From the NCBI RefSeq assembly GCF_009914755.1, contig NC_060926.1: a stretch of DNA of 64,000 nt; one strand, 5' to 3'. A program made the translations under genes and the position numbers. This DNA comes from the human T2T-CHM13v2.0 reference genome, Homo sapiens. Below the pieces are notes generated by a model. It did no database searches, was not told the DNA's origin, and was given only the letters and a program-made list of their open reading frames with translations. This document shows, in pieces, positions 34,013 to 47,900 of this stretch (its first letter is position 1; each line of letters starts with the position of its first letter).

Positions 34013-34129
34013 TTTACCAAAGTTTCTCCAGAGATATGGAGCCAAAATAACTGTCCCTCCCTTTAGTGGTGCTAAATATGACCTCTTAACCCAATAGCTG
34101 TGACCAAATTGGACTAGACGAAAATGTCA
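34013..34129 (+). pseudogene. Candidate exon, phase 2->2: LPKFLQRYGAKITVPPFSGAKYDLLTQ*L*PNWTRRKC
   Basis: cctgttgacgcag| and CA|gtaact; link to the upstream exon unresolved. Confidence 0.4.
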
Positions 34130-34519
34130 GTAACTCAACCATGCAATTGCCTTTTTTCCTCCTAGCTATTCAGATTTAATAGGGATGAAACTTAAACTAA
34201 TAAATTATGAAATCATATATCTTGACAGATGATATGATAAATATTCTAGGAGGTGTTTGATTCCAATTTTAAGGCTAGTAGGATTTCCTCCAAAATATCT
34301 AATTTCCAGGAATAAATGAATAGTTCCTAAAGAAGATTTGGATTATTTTGATATAAGATAACCCATACCAAACTCTGCTATCCTCTTATATATATATAAA
34401 AGGAAAAACAGCAGAGGGTAGGTAAACTGTCCCTCATTTCAAATTAGTGCAATGGTTGCAATAGGATCATTCCTCATATTGGGAATTATAATTTCTCATT
34501 TCTGAAAGGAAACTTTTAG

Positions 34520-35460
34520 AGGAAAGCAACCATAGTGAAGAAGATTCTGAGAGTTTAATTCATGTAGTTTTAAAATATCACATGGTAAAACACCATAAAT
34601 TGCTTTAAAAGGCAAATGATAAACAGGCAAAATATTATTAGAGACTGTCTAAAAGATATGGAAGTTAGAATCCCTAATGTACAATAGGTTCTTATAAACC
34701 AATATCATAATATTCCAATTTACATACCCCAATTGAAAATCATCAAAAACCTTAAATCAAAAGAAATACACATAGACCACATACCTATGAGGAAAAAAAT
34801 TAGCTTAAACTAATAATCAAAAAAGGCAAATTAATACAACCATATGTTACTAGTTCAAATATCATAATGGCAAAAATGAAAATAAATACTTTAATATTAC
34901 TACTCAGTCTTGGCAAGGCTATAGAGAAAAATCATGTTTACTGCTAAAGAGGTCACGAGGTAAAAACCTTTTGGAGGGCAACAAGTCAGCAATATGTTTA
35001 ATAATGTTAAAATGCTATAATTTTTAAACTACAAATGTTATTAAGATTTTATTTTAAGGTAATATGGAAGTATATACAAAAGGATGTTGTACAAGAATGT
35101 TAACTTCAGAACTTTTCATAATAATAAAAATTGCAACAAATTGGAATATCCAGATATATGTAACTGGCTGAATAACCCCTACTCTACCTATAGGGTAGAA
35201 TCCAGAGTGCAAGCTGAAGTGTAGATTTATATATTTACTGACTCTTTAGTAATTTAACAATCTGGGAAATCACATAGGTCTAAACTTTAAAAAAGGTAAA
35301 TACAGCATATACTCTACCATTATTTTTAAAATATATAAAATAGTGTTGTTCACACAAATAGGTTTGCACAGAAAAAAGATAAAGTAAACAAAAGTAGACG
35401 TATATGACATTTAAATTTTTATTCATGACTTTTCTCCATGTTATTTATAATTGGAACAAA
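34520..35460 (+). mobile_element. L1ME 3' fragment
   Basis: Degenerate ORF2 end and 3' UTR motifs. Confidence 0.55.
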
Positions 35461-35548
35461 TAGCTATTAGTCAACAAAACCTATCACCTCCCAAATTCCC
35501 TATTAATTATTGTCTCCCTCTTACCTTCTTCTGCATCCCTTTTGCCAG

Positions 35549-35596
35549 AAACTTCAAGATTATTAATGTTTCCACAAATGTCAAGTGTTTTAATCA
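35549..35596 (+). pseudogene. Exon, phase 2->2, open: NFKIINVSTNVKCFN
   Basis: Long pyrimidine tract, ttttgccag| and CA|gtatgt. Confidence 0.6.
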
Positions 35597-35700
35597 GTAT
35601 GTTGATATTTGAAAACAAGTTTAGCTGAATTATTAAATTGTGGCCGTTTAAGTTATGTTCTGTTTTCCTAACAACCCAACCAGCCAGCTTTCCCCAATAG

Positions 35701-35831
35701 AAGGGTTCTTGACTTTAATGAGTTCAAATTAAATGATTTGACCAGCACCATGCAATTGAAAAATATATTGAATTCAACAGGAATTAAGTCCAATTTCCCA
35801 AAAACATTCATCCAGGACTTATTATTTGAGG
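35701..35831 (+). pseudogene. Exon, phase 2->1, open: RVLDFNEFKLNDLTSTMQLKNILNSTGIKSNFPKTFIQDLLFE
   Basis: ctttccccaatag| and G|gttaag; 43 codons with no stop in AT-rich DNA. Confidence 0.65.
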
Positions 35832-35929
35832 GTTAAGTTTCAATTTATTTAACTAAATCAAGTTGCAATAAGAAAGGTTATAAGCTTAAAATATTTTATT
35901 AACTCTTAAATCATGATTAAATCTCTCAA

Positions 35930-35932
<3 letters not shown>

Positions 35933-35970
<38 letters not shown>
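35933..35970 (+). repeat. (CA)n microsatellite
   Basis: Perfect run. Confidence 0.95.
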
Positions 35971-35974
<4 letters not shown>

Positions 35975-36019
35975 TTATGCCAAATAACATTTGAAACATT
36001 GTTGGAAAACATAGAGAAT

Positions 36020-36308
36020 GGAGGTCCCATAAGATTAGAATACTGCATTTTTACTGTATCTTTTTATATTTAGACATGTTCCCATACACAAATACTTACA
36101 TTGTGTTACAGCTGCCTACAGTGTTCAGTACAGTAACATGCTGTCTAGGTTCATACCCTAGGAGCAATAGGCTATACCATATAGCCTAGGTATGTAGTGG
36201 GGTATACCATCTAGGTTTGTGTAAGCGTACTCTATGATGTTTCCACAGTGATGAAATCAACACATTTCTCACAACATATTCTTGTTATTGAGTGACACAT
36301 AACTGTAT
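36020..36308. mobile_element. Tigger3/MER7-type TcMar fragment
   Basis: cctaggagcaataggctataccatatagcctagg…ctaggtttgtgtaag motifs. Confidence 0.8.
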
Positions 36309-36679
36309 ATACATATATAAAAATATATATCTATACACACATACACATATGCAAATACACACAAATATGTAGTCATTTCTCAGTGTGAATGGAATAAGAA
36401 AACTATTATTTTTGCCTTTAGAAGCATTATCTTTAAATGCTTCTAAAGGTTTAATATTTGTACATTTTCTAGCCTTGATTTTATAAATACAAACCTGTAA
36501 GTTATGTCACATAACCTTCATACTCATTAAATGATAGATGAAAAGCAGCAACAATTAGCAGTAGAAATTTTTTTAAGTCCACTTAATTTAAAAAATAATT
36601 TTTGAATACTCTTCTTATCGATTTCAAATAAAAATCACTTACAAGTCATTGGTAATTTGATGCCACATTTCACATGACC

Positions 36680-36845
36680 TAGAACCTTGCTATTCTGACT
36701 GGTTCCCTTATTAGTACCATTCCTAGCTCCTGGGAGCTTGTGTGAGAGATGCACAATCTCAGGCCTCATCTCTTTCCTACTGAATCAGAATCTGCATTTT
36801 ATAAGATCCTTAGAAGAATTATATGCACACTAATGTTTGAGTAAT
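36680..36845. mobile_element. MER5A
   Basis: cctactgaatcagaatctgcatttt motif. Confidence 0.7.
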
Positions 36846-36951
36846 ACAAAATGAGAGGAAGAAATAATGATGATAATAAATAAAATTTAAGATCCATAAG
36901 TGCATAAGCTTTTGTGCATTTATTGGTTGAGGAGTAATCAAACTATAACTA

Positions 36952-37224
<273 letters not shown>

Positions 37225-37263
37225 TCTTTAACTAATTCTAACTCAGTTTTTCTTCCTAAACAG

Positions 37264-37418
37264 AGCCCCATAGCTTATTAATTCAGCGTTTTTCCAGCCT
37301 TTGCAAGATACAGCAGAAATAACAATGGTGAATGCAAAAAACTTAATAGGAAAAATTCAAGAAGATAAATTTTGAGGTGGACTTAACCTTGTCTAGAACC
37401 AGAAAACAGACAAAACAG
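37264..37418 (+). pseudogene. Exon, phase 1->0 preferred (PHSLLIQRFSSLCKIQQK*…KFKKINFEVDLTLSRTRKQTKQ)
   Basis: tttttcttcctaaacag| and CAG|gttatg; an alternative frame is possible. Confidence 0.55.
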
Positions 37419-37636
37419 GTTATGCGTAGCTGCATTTACAAATTATGCAAATTCGACAGCTGTAGTTTATGCAAATCATATGTAGGCCCCTTAAGTGTAT
37501 CATTAACCTACATGAGTTGCTTGGGAATTCCATACACAGAGAGGAGCAAAATTTATCTTTTCTCTTCCCCCCACTCCAAATATCATAGGAGTATTAAATT
37601 TGTAACAACTTAATATGCTTTATTGTATTTTTTCAG

Positions 37637-37698
37637 ATAAAAACATCACATACTGCTTTGTATAATCCAATTTATTAATTCATGCTATTTTGGCCTCA
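37637..37698 (+). pseudogene. Candidate exon, phase 0->2 (IKTSHTALYNPIY*FMLFWP)
   Basis: tattttttcag| and CA|gtaatt. Confidence 0.4.
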
Positions 37699-39254
37699 GT
37701 AATTCTTATCATTTCAGTATTGCATATAAAAATCTCACAGTTGGGTAGAACATTCAATGTTGAATGTCAAAATGTATTTTTTATTTAACTAAATCTTAAG
37801 TTCTGCATGAGTCCATTCTAAACGTCATTTATGTGTCAATAAATAAAATATATACATATATATGTACTGAATAGCTAACATGCTCAAAGTATTATGAATA
37901 ATACATAAAGAATGGGATAAAACATAGGAAATTAATAGGTAATCACTAAACAAAATCTTGAACAAAACTCAATAATGATTTAACAAGGTATGTATTTACT
38001 TAGAGTATTGATTGCTTGTTACAATCTAGATAACTCTACTAGGCACAGGATATATAAAAATGGGACAAAAAGGAAAACTCTTGCCATTAGGAAATTTATA
38101 CTCTAGTGCAAAGTAAATTTTTGTTTTATTTGATGTTTAACTTTTGTTTTTATTCAGTTATACTTTCCTTTTATTTCTATGTGATCATTAAAAAGTGTCT
38201 CATTTAAAATATTTTGAAGAAAAGTACTAAATACTCCTTAGTTAATTAATTGTAAAGGAGTGCTGATAAAATTATTCTGTCCTTCAAATTTCAATCTAGA
38301 AAACCAAAGTATATTTTCATGAATCAAATGTTCAAATAGTAAGATTTAAGACAATCCTCTGTTGTGGAAAGCCAAATCATGATTTTTAAACACGTTGATA
38401 AAAATAAAAGGAGAAGGCTTTGGGAAAAAAATGCAAAAGTCATTCAAAGAAATGTATCATCACTCTAAAAAATGACAAAAAATAAAGTCCTCTGAAAAAT
38501 GTTTTCAATCCCCAGTAGAATGAAAGAATCTATAGACTATAGACTTTTGGACCACAGAAAGCCATGACATAAAAAGAGACTGAGATAAAAAGTTCATATG
38601 AACAGATGGAAAGTAGTAAGAATAAAATTACAAAGAATACAAGGAAGCTCTAAACTCATTTGCAGAATGATAGAACTCATTTGCCCTGATAGAAGGGCAA
38701 CATTTATTATATTGCATAATGACAAAATAACGATACAAAGGAAAACCTTGAGATGTGCTATTAGAATGCAGAGTCAAGAGTGGTAAGATGAAAAATAAAT
38801 TGAGGAAGTAGATGATAGATGACAGCTATGAAATATAGGGATAGGGAATGCAACTTGTGGATCATTAGCATTTTTAAAGAAATGATTAAGCATATTAGAA
38901 AGTGGAAATATTCAAAGATATAATAGAAGAATATTTATCAAAACTTTACCAAAATAAATCTGTGATTAAAAGAGCCTAACATGTTATACGCTAAATCATT
39001 GAACAGATAACCAGTCTTAGACGTACCATGGGAAGTATCAGGAGAAAGAAAACTGTTTATCTCTAGATAGAAAAAATAAACAAGCAAATCAACAAGGTGG
39101 AAGAAAATATAATGGATGGTCTTTTAAAATATTATTGAGACTACAATTGAGAAAGATGTTTAGATCTTTGAGGGGGAGACATTGTCTGAGAACTTTAGAG
39201 GCAGCCACATTACATGTCAAAAGCAATGGAAAAATATACTTGAATATTGGTGAG

Positions 39255-39433
39255 GCACCTGTAATCCCAGCACTTTGGTAGGCCGAGGCGGGTAGATCAC
39301 CTGAGGTCAGGAGTTTGAGAGCAGCCTGGCCAACATGGCGTAACCTGTCTCTACTAAAATACAAAAATTAGCCGGGCGTGGTTGCGTGCGTCTATAATCC
39401 CAGCTACTCGGGAGGCTGAGGCAGGAGAACCAC
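39255..39433 (+). mobile_element. Truncated AluS within old L1M sequence
   Basis: Left arm plus start of right arm, no tail. Confidence 0.9.
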
Positions 39434-40063
39434 TGCCTCAATGTCAAGTTGGCAACATCTATCACTACTTGTGGAAATTTACTTCCGTTTGATGTAGTAG
39501 TTCTACTTTTCAGAATTGTTTCAAAAACTATCATGTGTTAATGCAAAAATACATCTCTTGTAATGTTCATTATGAAATTGATAACCAAAATTGGAAAGAA
39601 ACCCAGTCTTCATCCATAAGTTGTGAGTAAAATAAGTGATGGTACAACCATTTGATGGAATACTAAGACGATATGAAAAATGATGTGAAATGCTCATAAG
39701 TCATTGTTAAGTAAAAAAACACATCTTCATTAGGATTCATCTTATGTTTGTGTGAAAATGTCATAATAGATGTATTCATAAGTTATTAATGTTAATTTAC
39801 AGATGGGTGATTACGAGTGACCTTTATTTTCTCAAACAAAAACATATTTGTTCAAAATATTTAAAGAAATTTATTATTTTATGGTATGTAAAACAAGCTG
39901 CTCAACAAAATGTTATTTTAAAAGAGCATTGAGACAGCATATATTTAGTGCAACTTATATACAACAATAAAGATGTATATTTTACTGGACTATACACTTA
40001 ACAAAAGAAAGCAAAATCTTTTTAAGGTTGGGTCATGGATTGTTACAGAGTTTTCAATTTCAG

Positions 40064-40210
40064 AAATATTTTGTATTCATTGTTTCATACAAGAACACTA
40101 CGTGATGGATTTATATTGGAAGCAAAAATAAGGACACTCAAAGAAAATCAACACAGTGCACAAAACTGTGAAGATTCTTACAGACGATGGCTAACATATT
40201 AGAGTCACTT
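40064..40210 (+). pseudogene. Exon, phase-2 entry: NILYSLFHTRTLRDGFILEAKIRTLKENQHSAQNCEDSYRRWLTY*SH (3' boundary uncertain)
   Basis: ttttcaatttcag|; 45 open codons; possible donors at 40211, 40342 or 40456. Confidence 0.55.
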
Positions 40211-40672
40211 GTAACATGGTGCTTTCATGGCCTTTACACACCATTTATCACATAAGAAAGATTATCCCAACTTTTAGAAAATTATTACTCTCCCCACTTT
40301 ACTTTAGCAAAACATCTTTCAATTACCCTAAAAATGTTTAAGTTAGCTATATTTGTGGGCACATTTTCTGTTTAGCACCTCTGTTCTTTTATTATTTTAT
40401 TTACGGAGTATGGGGTTGACAGACTGAGTGATCCTGAAATCTGTAACATGAGCATGTACGTTTTATAATGCTGAAATATTGCATAGGAATACAAGATGGT
40501 TAACCTCATTGTTAGGAAACACTCTTCATTAAGTTCAGTGATATTTGTGTTTCTGTAAAAAGAGATTGCTTATCTATTATCAGTTGATCCAATTTCTGGC
40601 ACCTGAGTGAAAACTATTTTTTTTCCATTAAATCTGGTCAGTGTGTTTGGGAAGAAATTGCAGTACATTGCC

Positions 40673-41343
40673 CAGAGGTTCCAAAACTCTTTGTTCATAT
40701 ATCCTTTATTTAATGCCTCAGGAATTTTCCCTCAGCAATCCTAAGTCAAAAAAAAAAATACATTGAAGTCTAGTTTATTATGTAGAAGTACAAATAACTT
40801 AATATTTATATCAAGCAACATAGAAATCATTTGAAAAATAACACAAATACACTATAAGAAAAAAATTTTAATTTCTTCCACAATTAAAAATTTGCTTAAA
40901 AATAATGACAAAATAATGATACAAAGGAAAAGCTTGAGATGTGCTATTAGAAATTTAGAGGCAGCCACCAATACTTAAAAATTTATTTTACTTTTAAATT
41001 TTATTTTTATTTGCATACCTGTTGGACACTGAACAGCATCTCAATCCTTGGAATCTGACTGAATGCATCACTTTATTCCTAAGCCACATTTTCAGGCAGC
41101 CTGTGCTTTTTGTCATAAAAAAATGCCAAAAACCCAGCTTCAAAAAGATAAGATATCATCAAAAGGAATATGCAGGCCAAGCTAATATTGAAACTGTGAA
41201 CTACCTCAAGCTAGTAGTTTGCACTGTGTATGACATCTGTCTAGTATTGCTATGTTTTCCTTCAACATTTAAAATATCCCAGAGTATCTCATGAGTTTGC
41301 TCAGTGCTCCAGGATTCCGTGGTACACAGACTGGAAATCATGG
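40673..41343. mobile_element. MER119-like hAT-Charlie element
   Basis: cagaggttccaaaact…gaaactgtgaactacctcaagctagtagtt…tttaaaatatccc. Confidence 0.7.
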
Positions 41344-41586
41344 CTATCATCTGTATTCTAAGGTCATAAAATCAAACTCTCTGAAAAGAAGATTTTCACA
41401 GCAATCTTTTCTTCATGTCTAAAATGCTTTAATCAAGGTGTTTTCTTTATGGTTATTGTCTTTTTTTTTTCTTTTATATTTAGTTAAAAATAATTTGGTT
41501 ATCCACTGATTGGGTGAAGCTGACACTATGAGAGAAAAAAGTAGGAAAAATAAATGACATTTTCTCTGTGAGATGATGTATTTTAG

Positions 41587-41748
41587 CAGCCTTTCAAATC
41601 CAATAAATTGGCCACTGTTGAGTATTTCAATAAGCAAAGACCATAGGGAGCAGGGAAAAAAAATGAATGATGCATAATGGATGATGCCACGGGAGAAGAT
41701 GAAGATGAGGGAAAAGAAGAAAGTCCCTGTCCCCTCAAAAAGGGAGGG
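41587..41748 (+). pseudogene. Exon, phase 0->0: QPFKSNKLATVEYFNKQRP*GAGKKNE*CIMDDATGEDEDEGKEESPCPLKKGG
   Basis: tattttag| and GGG|gtaagc; 162 nt. Confidence 0.55.
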
Positions 41749-42212
41749 GTAAGCAAAAGATGAATTCATTTCTAGAGTTCTGCAGATACTTCCCATAGGA
41801 ATGGTGACCAATTTTGTAGATGCTTTACATAGCATATTTAAAATGATAGATAAAATATAAAACATTAATCTGATAGTATAAAAATATGAAATAGTATAAA
41901 ATATATGGAGGTTATATATATAATATATAGAAATTGTATATTTTTTTACTCCGTATAGTGTGAAAATGAGAAACAAGGCAGGAAGGATGTTGTAAGGGAG
42001 ATAATGCAGCATGATAAGGTTTCAACACAAGTCTGAGGACGTCTCTCAGGTGAGATTGTATGTATACTGTTTGTCCTTGTGCATATATGCTGGGGGTTGA
42101 GGATAAGAAGGGTCATTACTTGCGTGACTATAGTGTTTTTCTTTAAGTTCTCTTCTCTAGAAATTCAGCTAATGGGACATATATAGAGAAAAATATTTAA
42201 AAGTTAGTAAAT

Positions 42213-42779
42213 GGATTTATTTGTAACTGAGATAGGCTTCACAGGAATTTAGTTACCAGGTCACATCCCAATCTCTCTTTCTATATGAGGTTTGAAAATG
42301 TGAACTGCTATGCATAGCTTGGGCATTAGCCCCAAATTGCTATGACAATTAATGAACCAGCTACGTGTACTGACATCTTAGGTGCAAGTTGTAAAGTAAA
42401 TTATCTGTGTATTCTGCTTGGCTAAATGTATATTTGTAGCCCTTTCATGCAATAGAATTCATGTTGTTGTGTATAAGAGAAGAACAAAACCGATAATAGG
42501 AGAAAATTGCCTTTCTGGATAGAAATATAGAATAGCCATGCTTATGATTATCACAAATAAAGAATTCAATTCTTTACATGATTGAGTGAGAGTATGTATA
42601 ACCTGGTGGTGGGTGAGTTCAGAGTACCTTTAAACCTAGTATGCCCAACTTGATTTAATGTTACAATACAATATTTAACTTAAAAATTTGATTTAAATGT
42701 TGATGTTGAAAGCTCAAACCTATACTAAGAAATTTTCTGAAAGAGATTATTGGGCTTAAAATAAAAATATATATTTTTG
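42213..42779 (+). pseudogene. 5'-truncated processed retrocopy of an mRNA 3' UTR
   Basis: 13-bp TSD aaagttagtaaat at 42200-42212 and 42780-42792; AATAAA at 42760-42765; non-TE-like sequence. Confidence 0.65.
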
Positions 42780-42792
42780 AAAGTTAGTAAAT

Positions 42793-43425
42793 ATAGATTA
42801 CATTAAAAAGAAGCTCTCAGGCTGAATGCTCCCCCGACAGTATAAAACTTTCAAAGAAGAAACAAAACAAAATCCTCAAAAAACAGAACACAAGTATCTC
42901 TATCTCAATTAAATTAATGTAGCCTTAATGACGGTCAGTGATGGTAAGTTTTTTGTTAATGTTTTGTTTGTTATGAAACTACGACATGATGGCCAGGTTT
43001 CAGTATGGTGTACAATTTTATATATTGCTGGTGTAAGAAAAATAGTGTTTTTATAATTTTGAGCAACCAATTTCAGAATATATCTTAAAGAAATAGTCAG
43101 ATGCAGAAGATGTTCATTACAACACCAAATATAATTGCAAAAGTAACATTTTAAAAGCCAGAAGTTTAATATTAAAGATAAGAATATATAATGGTAAAAC
43201 CATAGGAAGGAATATCTACATTTAGGCAAAATGATTTCAAGTATATAAAAAGTGAATATGCTTGATAATCCTGAAGGAATAGAGAATAATATATCAACAA
43301 TGGTAACCTCTGGGTGATGGTAATACAGATTATTGCAATTTGCTAATTCACACTTTTTCAGAAGTTTTGAAATTTTCCATGGCTAGCATGTATTACTTTT
43401 ATAATAAGATAAAAGTTCTTAAATT
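42793..43425 (+). mobile_element. L1ME fragment
   Basis: Degenerate L1 3' motifs. Confidence 0.5.
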
Positions 43426-43427
43426 AG

Positions 43428-44115
<688 letters not shown>

Positions 44116-44791
44116 GTTTGTTTAACCAAAATGTTTATAACTATGATAGACAACGAAACCTTATAATGAACTTAAGTGAAAAAAAATTCACACACAAAAT
44201 AGTGTGCATACTTATAATGCAACAAGATCAAGAGCACAAATATATAACAGAAAATATTTTATCAGATCAGTTTCCTATTTTTTTCTGTTTTCCCATACTG
44301 TTTGTTTTATCTATAATATTATTTTTTAAATTGGTGCCAGAGGATAACTAATATTATTGAAGCTGGCTGCAAGCTGTCCAAATCCTATTGACGATGATAA
44401 AATGAGTTTCTTGGGAAAGCTCTTTAGTAATAAGACATGAGTCCTGCCTGAAAGAATGAGGCCAAGGCTGCCATTTCATACAAACAAACAAACAAACAAA
44501 CTGGGAAATAATTCGCAAGTAGGTTTTTCTTCACAAGTGGCAAAAATAATTTAGTATAACCTGAGAGAAGCAGAGATCCGTAAACAGTGTAAATGGTTAA
44601 TAATCAGCCTGACAAGAACAAGACAATACATTTAAGATATTTTAAAATAAATCATCCAAGTTTTAAAAACAATAGAGCTAAAAGCAGAATTATAATCTTC
44701 TGAATATTTTATGTTCTCAGGTATTAACATTGTTTTAGATAAAAGGTTTTTCATTCATAAATAGCTAGCTTAGTTTTTTTTTCACTTATAG

Positions 44792-44926
44792 GTATTGTCT
44801 CAAACTTTCTCAGTTTAATTCAGAAACAATTTATCAAGCTTAATTGAGGCCAGATTGCTCAATCTTGGCTTCCAAAGCACCTGGAACCTGCTGACAGCAG
44901 GTAGTAGCAATACCAACAGAGACCAG
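44792..44926 (+). pseudogene. Exon, phase 0->0: VLSQTFSV*FRNNLSSLIEARLLNLGFQSTWNLLTAGSSNTNRDQ
   Basis: tttttttttcacttatag| and CAG|gtaaaa; 135 nt, one stop. Confidence 0.65.
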
Positions 44927-45187
44927 GTAAAATTCTAAGTGATATCTGGAAAAAAAATTAGCTAAATTTCATAACACATCCCTGAAACTAATTAAAAGTG
45001 AAATAATGGATATATCTGACATTTTGGCAGAAGAGTTGCCATTTTGCCCGGAAAGAAACTTCTACACACATAAACCCTTTTTCAGCACCATCCAAGCTGT
45101 TCAGTTTCAAAGGGAGCAAAGGTCGCTTATAGAGCATCTTGTCTTCAGGTGGAATTTATAACTGATGATTCCTTTTTCTCCTTATTT

Positions 45188-45340
45188 CAGTGATTCTCAG
45201 CAATAGCATCTCCTCAGAACTTGTTACAAATACAAATTATTGAACTCTACCTCTGACTTCGAAACTCAAAAACTCTGGGGTTAGGGTCCAGCACTTTCCA
45301 GATGATTCTGCTGTACATTCAAGTTTATGATGTACCGAGT
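45188..45340. mobile_element. MER5A
   Basis: gaacttgttacaaatacaaatt…ccagatgattctg. Confidence 0.65.
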
Positions 45341-47900
45341 TAATGTCATTTTCAGGGAGCCAAATATCTACTGTAAAAGGAGCACGTGAAAAAAATCACC
45401 CCATTGCTTTTGTTTCCTCTCCATTTCTATACCATGCCCTCAGTTGCTTATTGATTTCTTTTTTACATTTATAAGCACAAAATTAAACTATGGGTAATTA
45501 GCTGGAGCTGTTTTTTAAGAATAGAAAGGATTGTCAAGAAATAATAAGAAAATATTAGAGAAGTATAGATTTTCAGGCAGCTTAAACATGGTCAGACTAC
45601 TTGAAGATAAGAAAAATAGGAAAAACCTAGGATAAGCAGCAGATTTGGGTGAAATTGATTGTACAAATTTCAATGGATAGGATACAAAAACGTGTCATCT
45701 GTGTGTTCCAGATTGTGTGAAATCTCCAATGATTCTCTGGTCACACAACAAGCTGCTCTGTAACAGACGCTACCTTTCAATGGGTGCAGCTGCATTTTCA
45801 AGGCTAGTATCTTATTACAGCTAATGTCCTCATCACTAAAAGTCATTTGAAGTGGTTAGCTTAGAAGGATCTGAGCAGAAAGCAGGAACTAGCTTTCTAG
45901 AGCACTTTATTTAAAACTCATCTTCATGGCAAAAATGATAGCAGTCTTTCAGTTTCTCTTCAAGAGTCCTCAAGAGCAGAGACACTTCTCTCCAACAGAA
46001 AATGGAGAGAGGCAAATCAAAACTAATGCACAATAGGATGGAGGAAAGTGCCTTTATGAAGACCTGCTTGGATGCTTACAAGAGGCTTCAATCATGGCAC
46101 AGAAAATCCTTTTGGCTCTGTGTGAATGTCTTTCCCATCTTTCTGTCTTTCTTTTCTCCAATAGTAGGAAAGTCATTATCCGTCTCTTCTACAATTTCTT
46201 TTAACCATATAGCAACTACCATGACAACAGGAAGGCTTATAGCCTTGTACATATGCTATGTTTGATCCTCCTGTCCAACCTATCCCAATTGTTTGAACCT
46301 CATAGAGAGGGGAAGAAAATAAACCCCTCTAATACAGTTTGATTAATAATTTACCTCTTTGCACAAATCTTATACAAAAGGAGAGAACATAACAATTTTT
46401 TATTATTCTTAGTTGGACTTTACCTAAAAGAAAATAATGGACAGAAAATCTCCTAGAGATAGGCTATAGAAATAATAAAGCTTTCAGGCAAAAAGCCGTG
46501 ATAGAACAAAGAATGTCATGCACCCAACAGTAAACAACCCACCAGCTTTTGACTCAGGGAGAAAACTGACCACAGGAATCTGGGGGAATCCATGTCTTCA
46601 TCCTTTAGTATCTGGCTAGATGGTGAAGGAAAGCTATGCAAGGAAAGTATAAGGAGCTAAAGTATTAAGCAAAGTTGCATGAGTCACCATTTTTATTTTA
46701 AGAGATAGCTTACATAAGCACTTCCATTCAAAAACCTGTGGATTCTGTCTGCAGCCACTTCTTAACCAAGCAGGAGAAAGCATGTAATTACTAAAGTTAT
46801 TGGATAGGTTCAGGTCAAATTATCTATGTCGCTTAACTCTCCTCAAGTGAATTCATATTTTTATCTTCTCTTAGGACTTATACATTTGTCAGATTTGATG
46901 AATAGACCGTTCATTTCTTTCCCTCAGGAGTTGCAGTACTTTCTATCCTGCTCTTAATTTTATAGCTTTATTCTATCACTCACTCTTTCCCTCAGGTTGC
47001 TAAATATAAAATAAAGAGTTGTATGCTGAGATTCTGAGAATGGTCTGTTTGGATAACAGTGTGAGTTCAATATATGGACAGGCAAGTCTGACATTAAACT
47101 CATAGCCTGTGGGAGCCAGAGAATTGAGAAAACATATTTTCCCCTATTTCAAGTTCAATCCACAGGAGCAAGAAAATTAAACAGAAATTTCACTCTCTGG
47201 GTGCAAATACCTCACATTTTTCTGTTCCATGGCAATTTGCATTGAATCAAAAGAAGCTAATTTGTTAAACTTCTGTGGGGCCCAAACTGGCACATGTTCA
47301 GTAATCATTTGCATGGCTGGTTATTCTGTTCACAAAATCAAAAGAAGACAATAACCCACAAGCCGGGAAACCATGAAAAAGAAGAATCTGGGGGACAATA
47401 TAACTTTCTGATCTTCTTGAGATGCTTATCCCAGTATATTATGAAAGCTAGTTGTAAATAATCCAATAAATATCAAATTAAATATCCTCAGGATGTAAGG
47501 AGCCTCAAAATAAGATCGTGTGCATTGTGTCAATGACAAGTTTCACAACTTCCTACATAATGAAGAATATTAATATTCTTTCCATGCACTTTAGCCTTCA
47601 ATGGCTTATCATACAGATCTGTTTTGTTGTTATTGTTTTGTTCTAGAAATTATTCCTTAGTATTTATACTTGGATCTAAATGAGAGATTTTTCAGGCAGC
47701 TCTTTTCGTTCTTGAGCCTTTTTCTGAATTCTCAATATTATATCTCATTATCTCTTATTAATTACTGACATATGCAACTTAGAATTTCATTTGTTTTTCA
47801 TTCATTTATTTTAAAAGTGGCATTTCCAGTATAAGTTTTAAAGGGTTTTTTAATTTCATTACTTTGTATTAGGTCATATTTTTATTAGTTGATTTCCCAG

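Noticed and set aside
34166-34252. Candidate exon (YSDLIGMKLKLINYEIIYLDR…)
   Set aside because: It would need a ~35-nt intron after 34129 and has a weak donor.
41419-42012. Longest ORF in the track (197 aa, minus strand)
   Set aside because: Low-complexity I/F/Y/L composition from AT-rich DNA, antisense to a plus-strand candidate exon, with no protein features.
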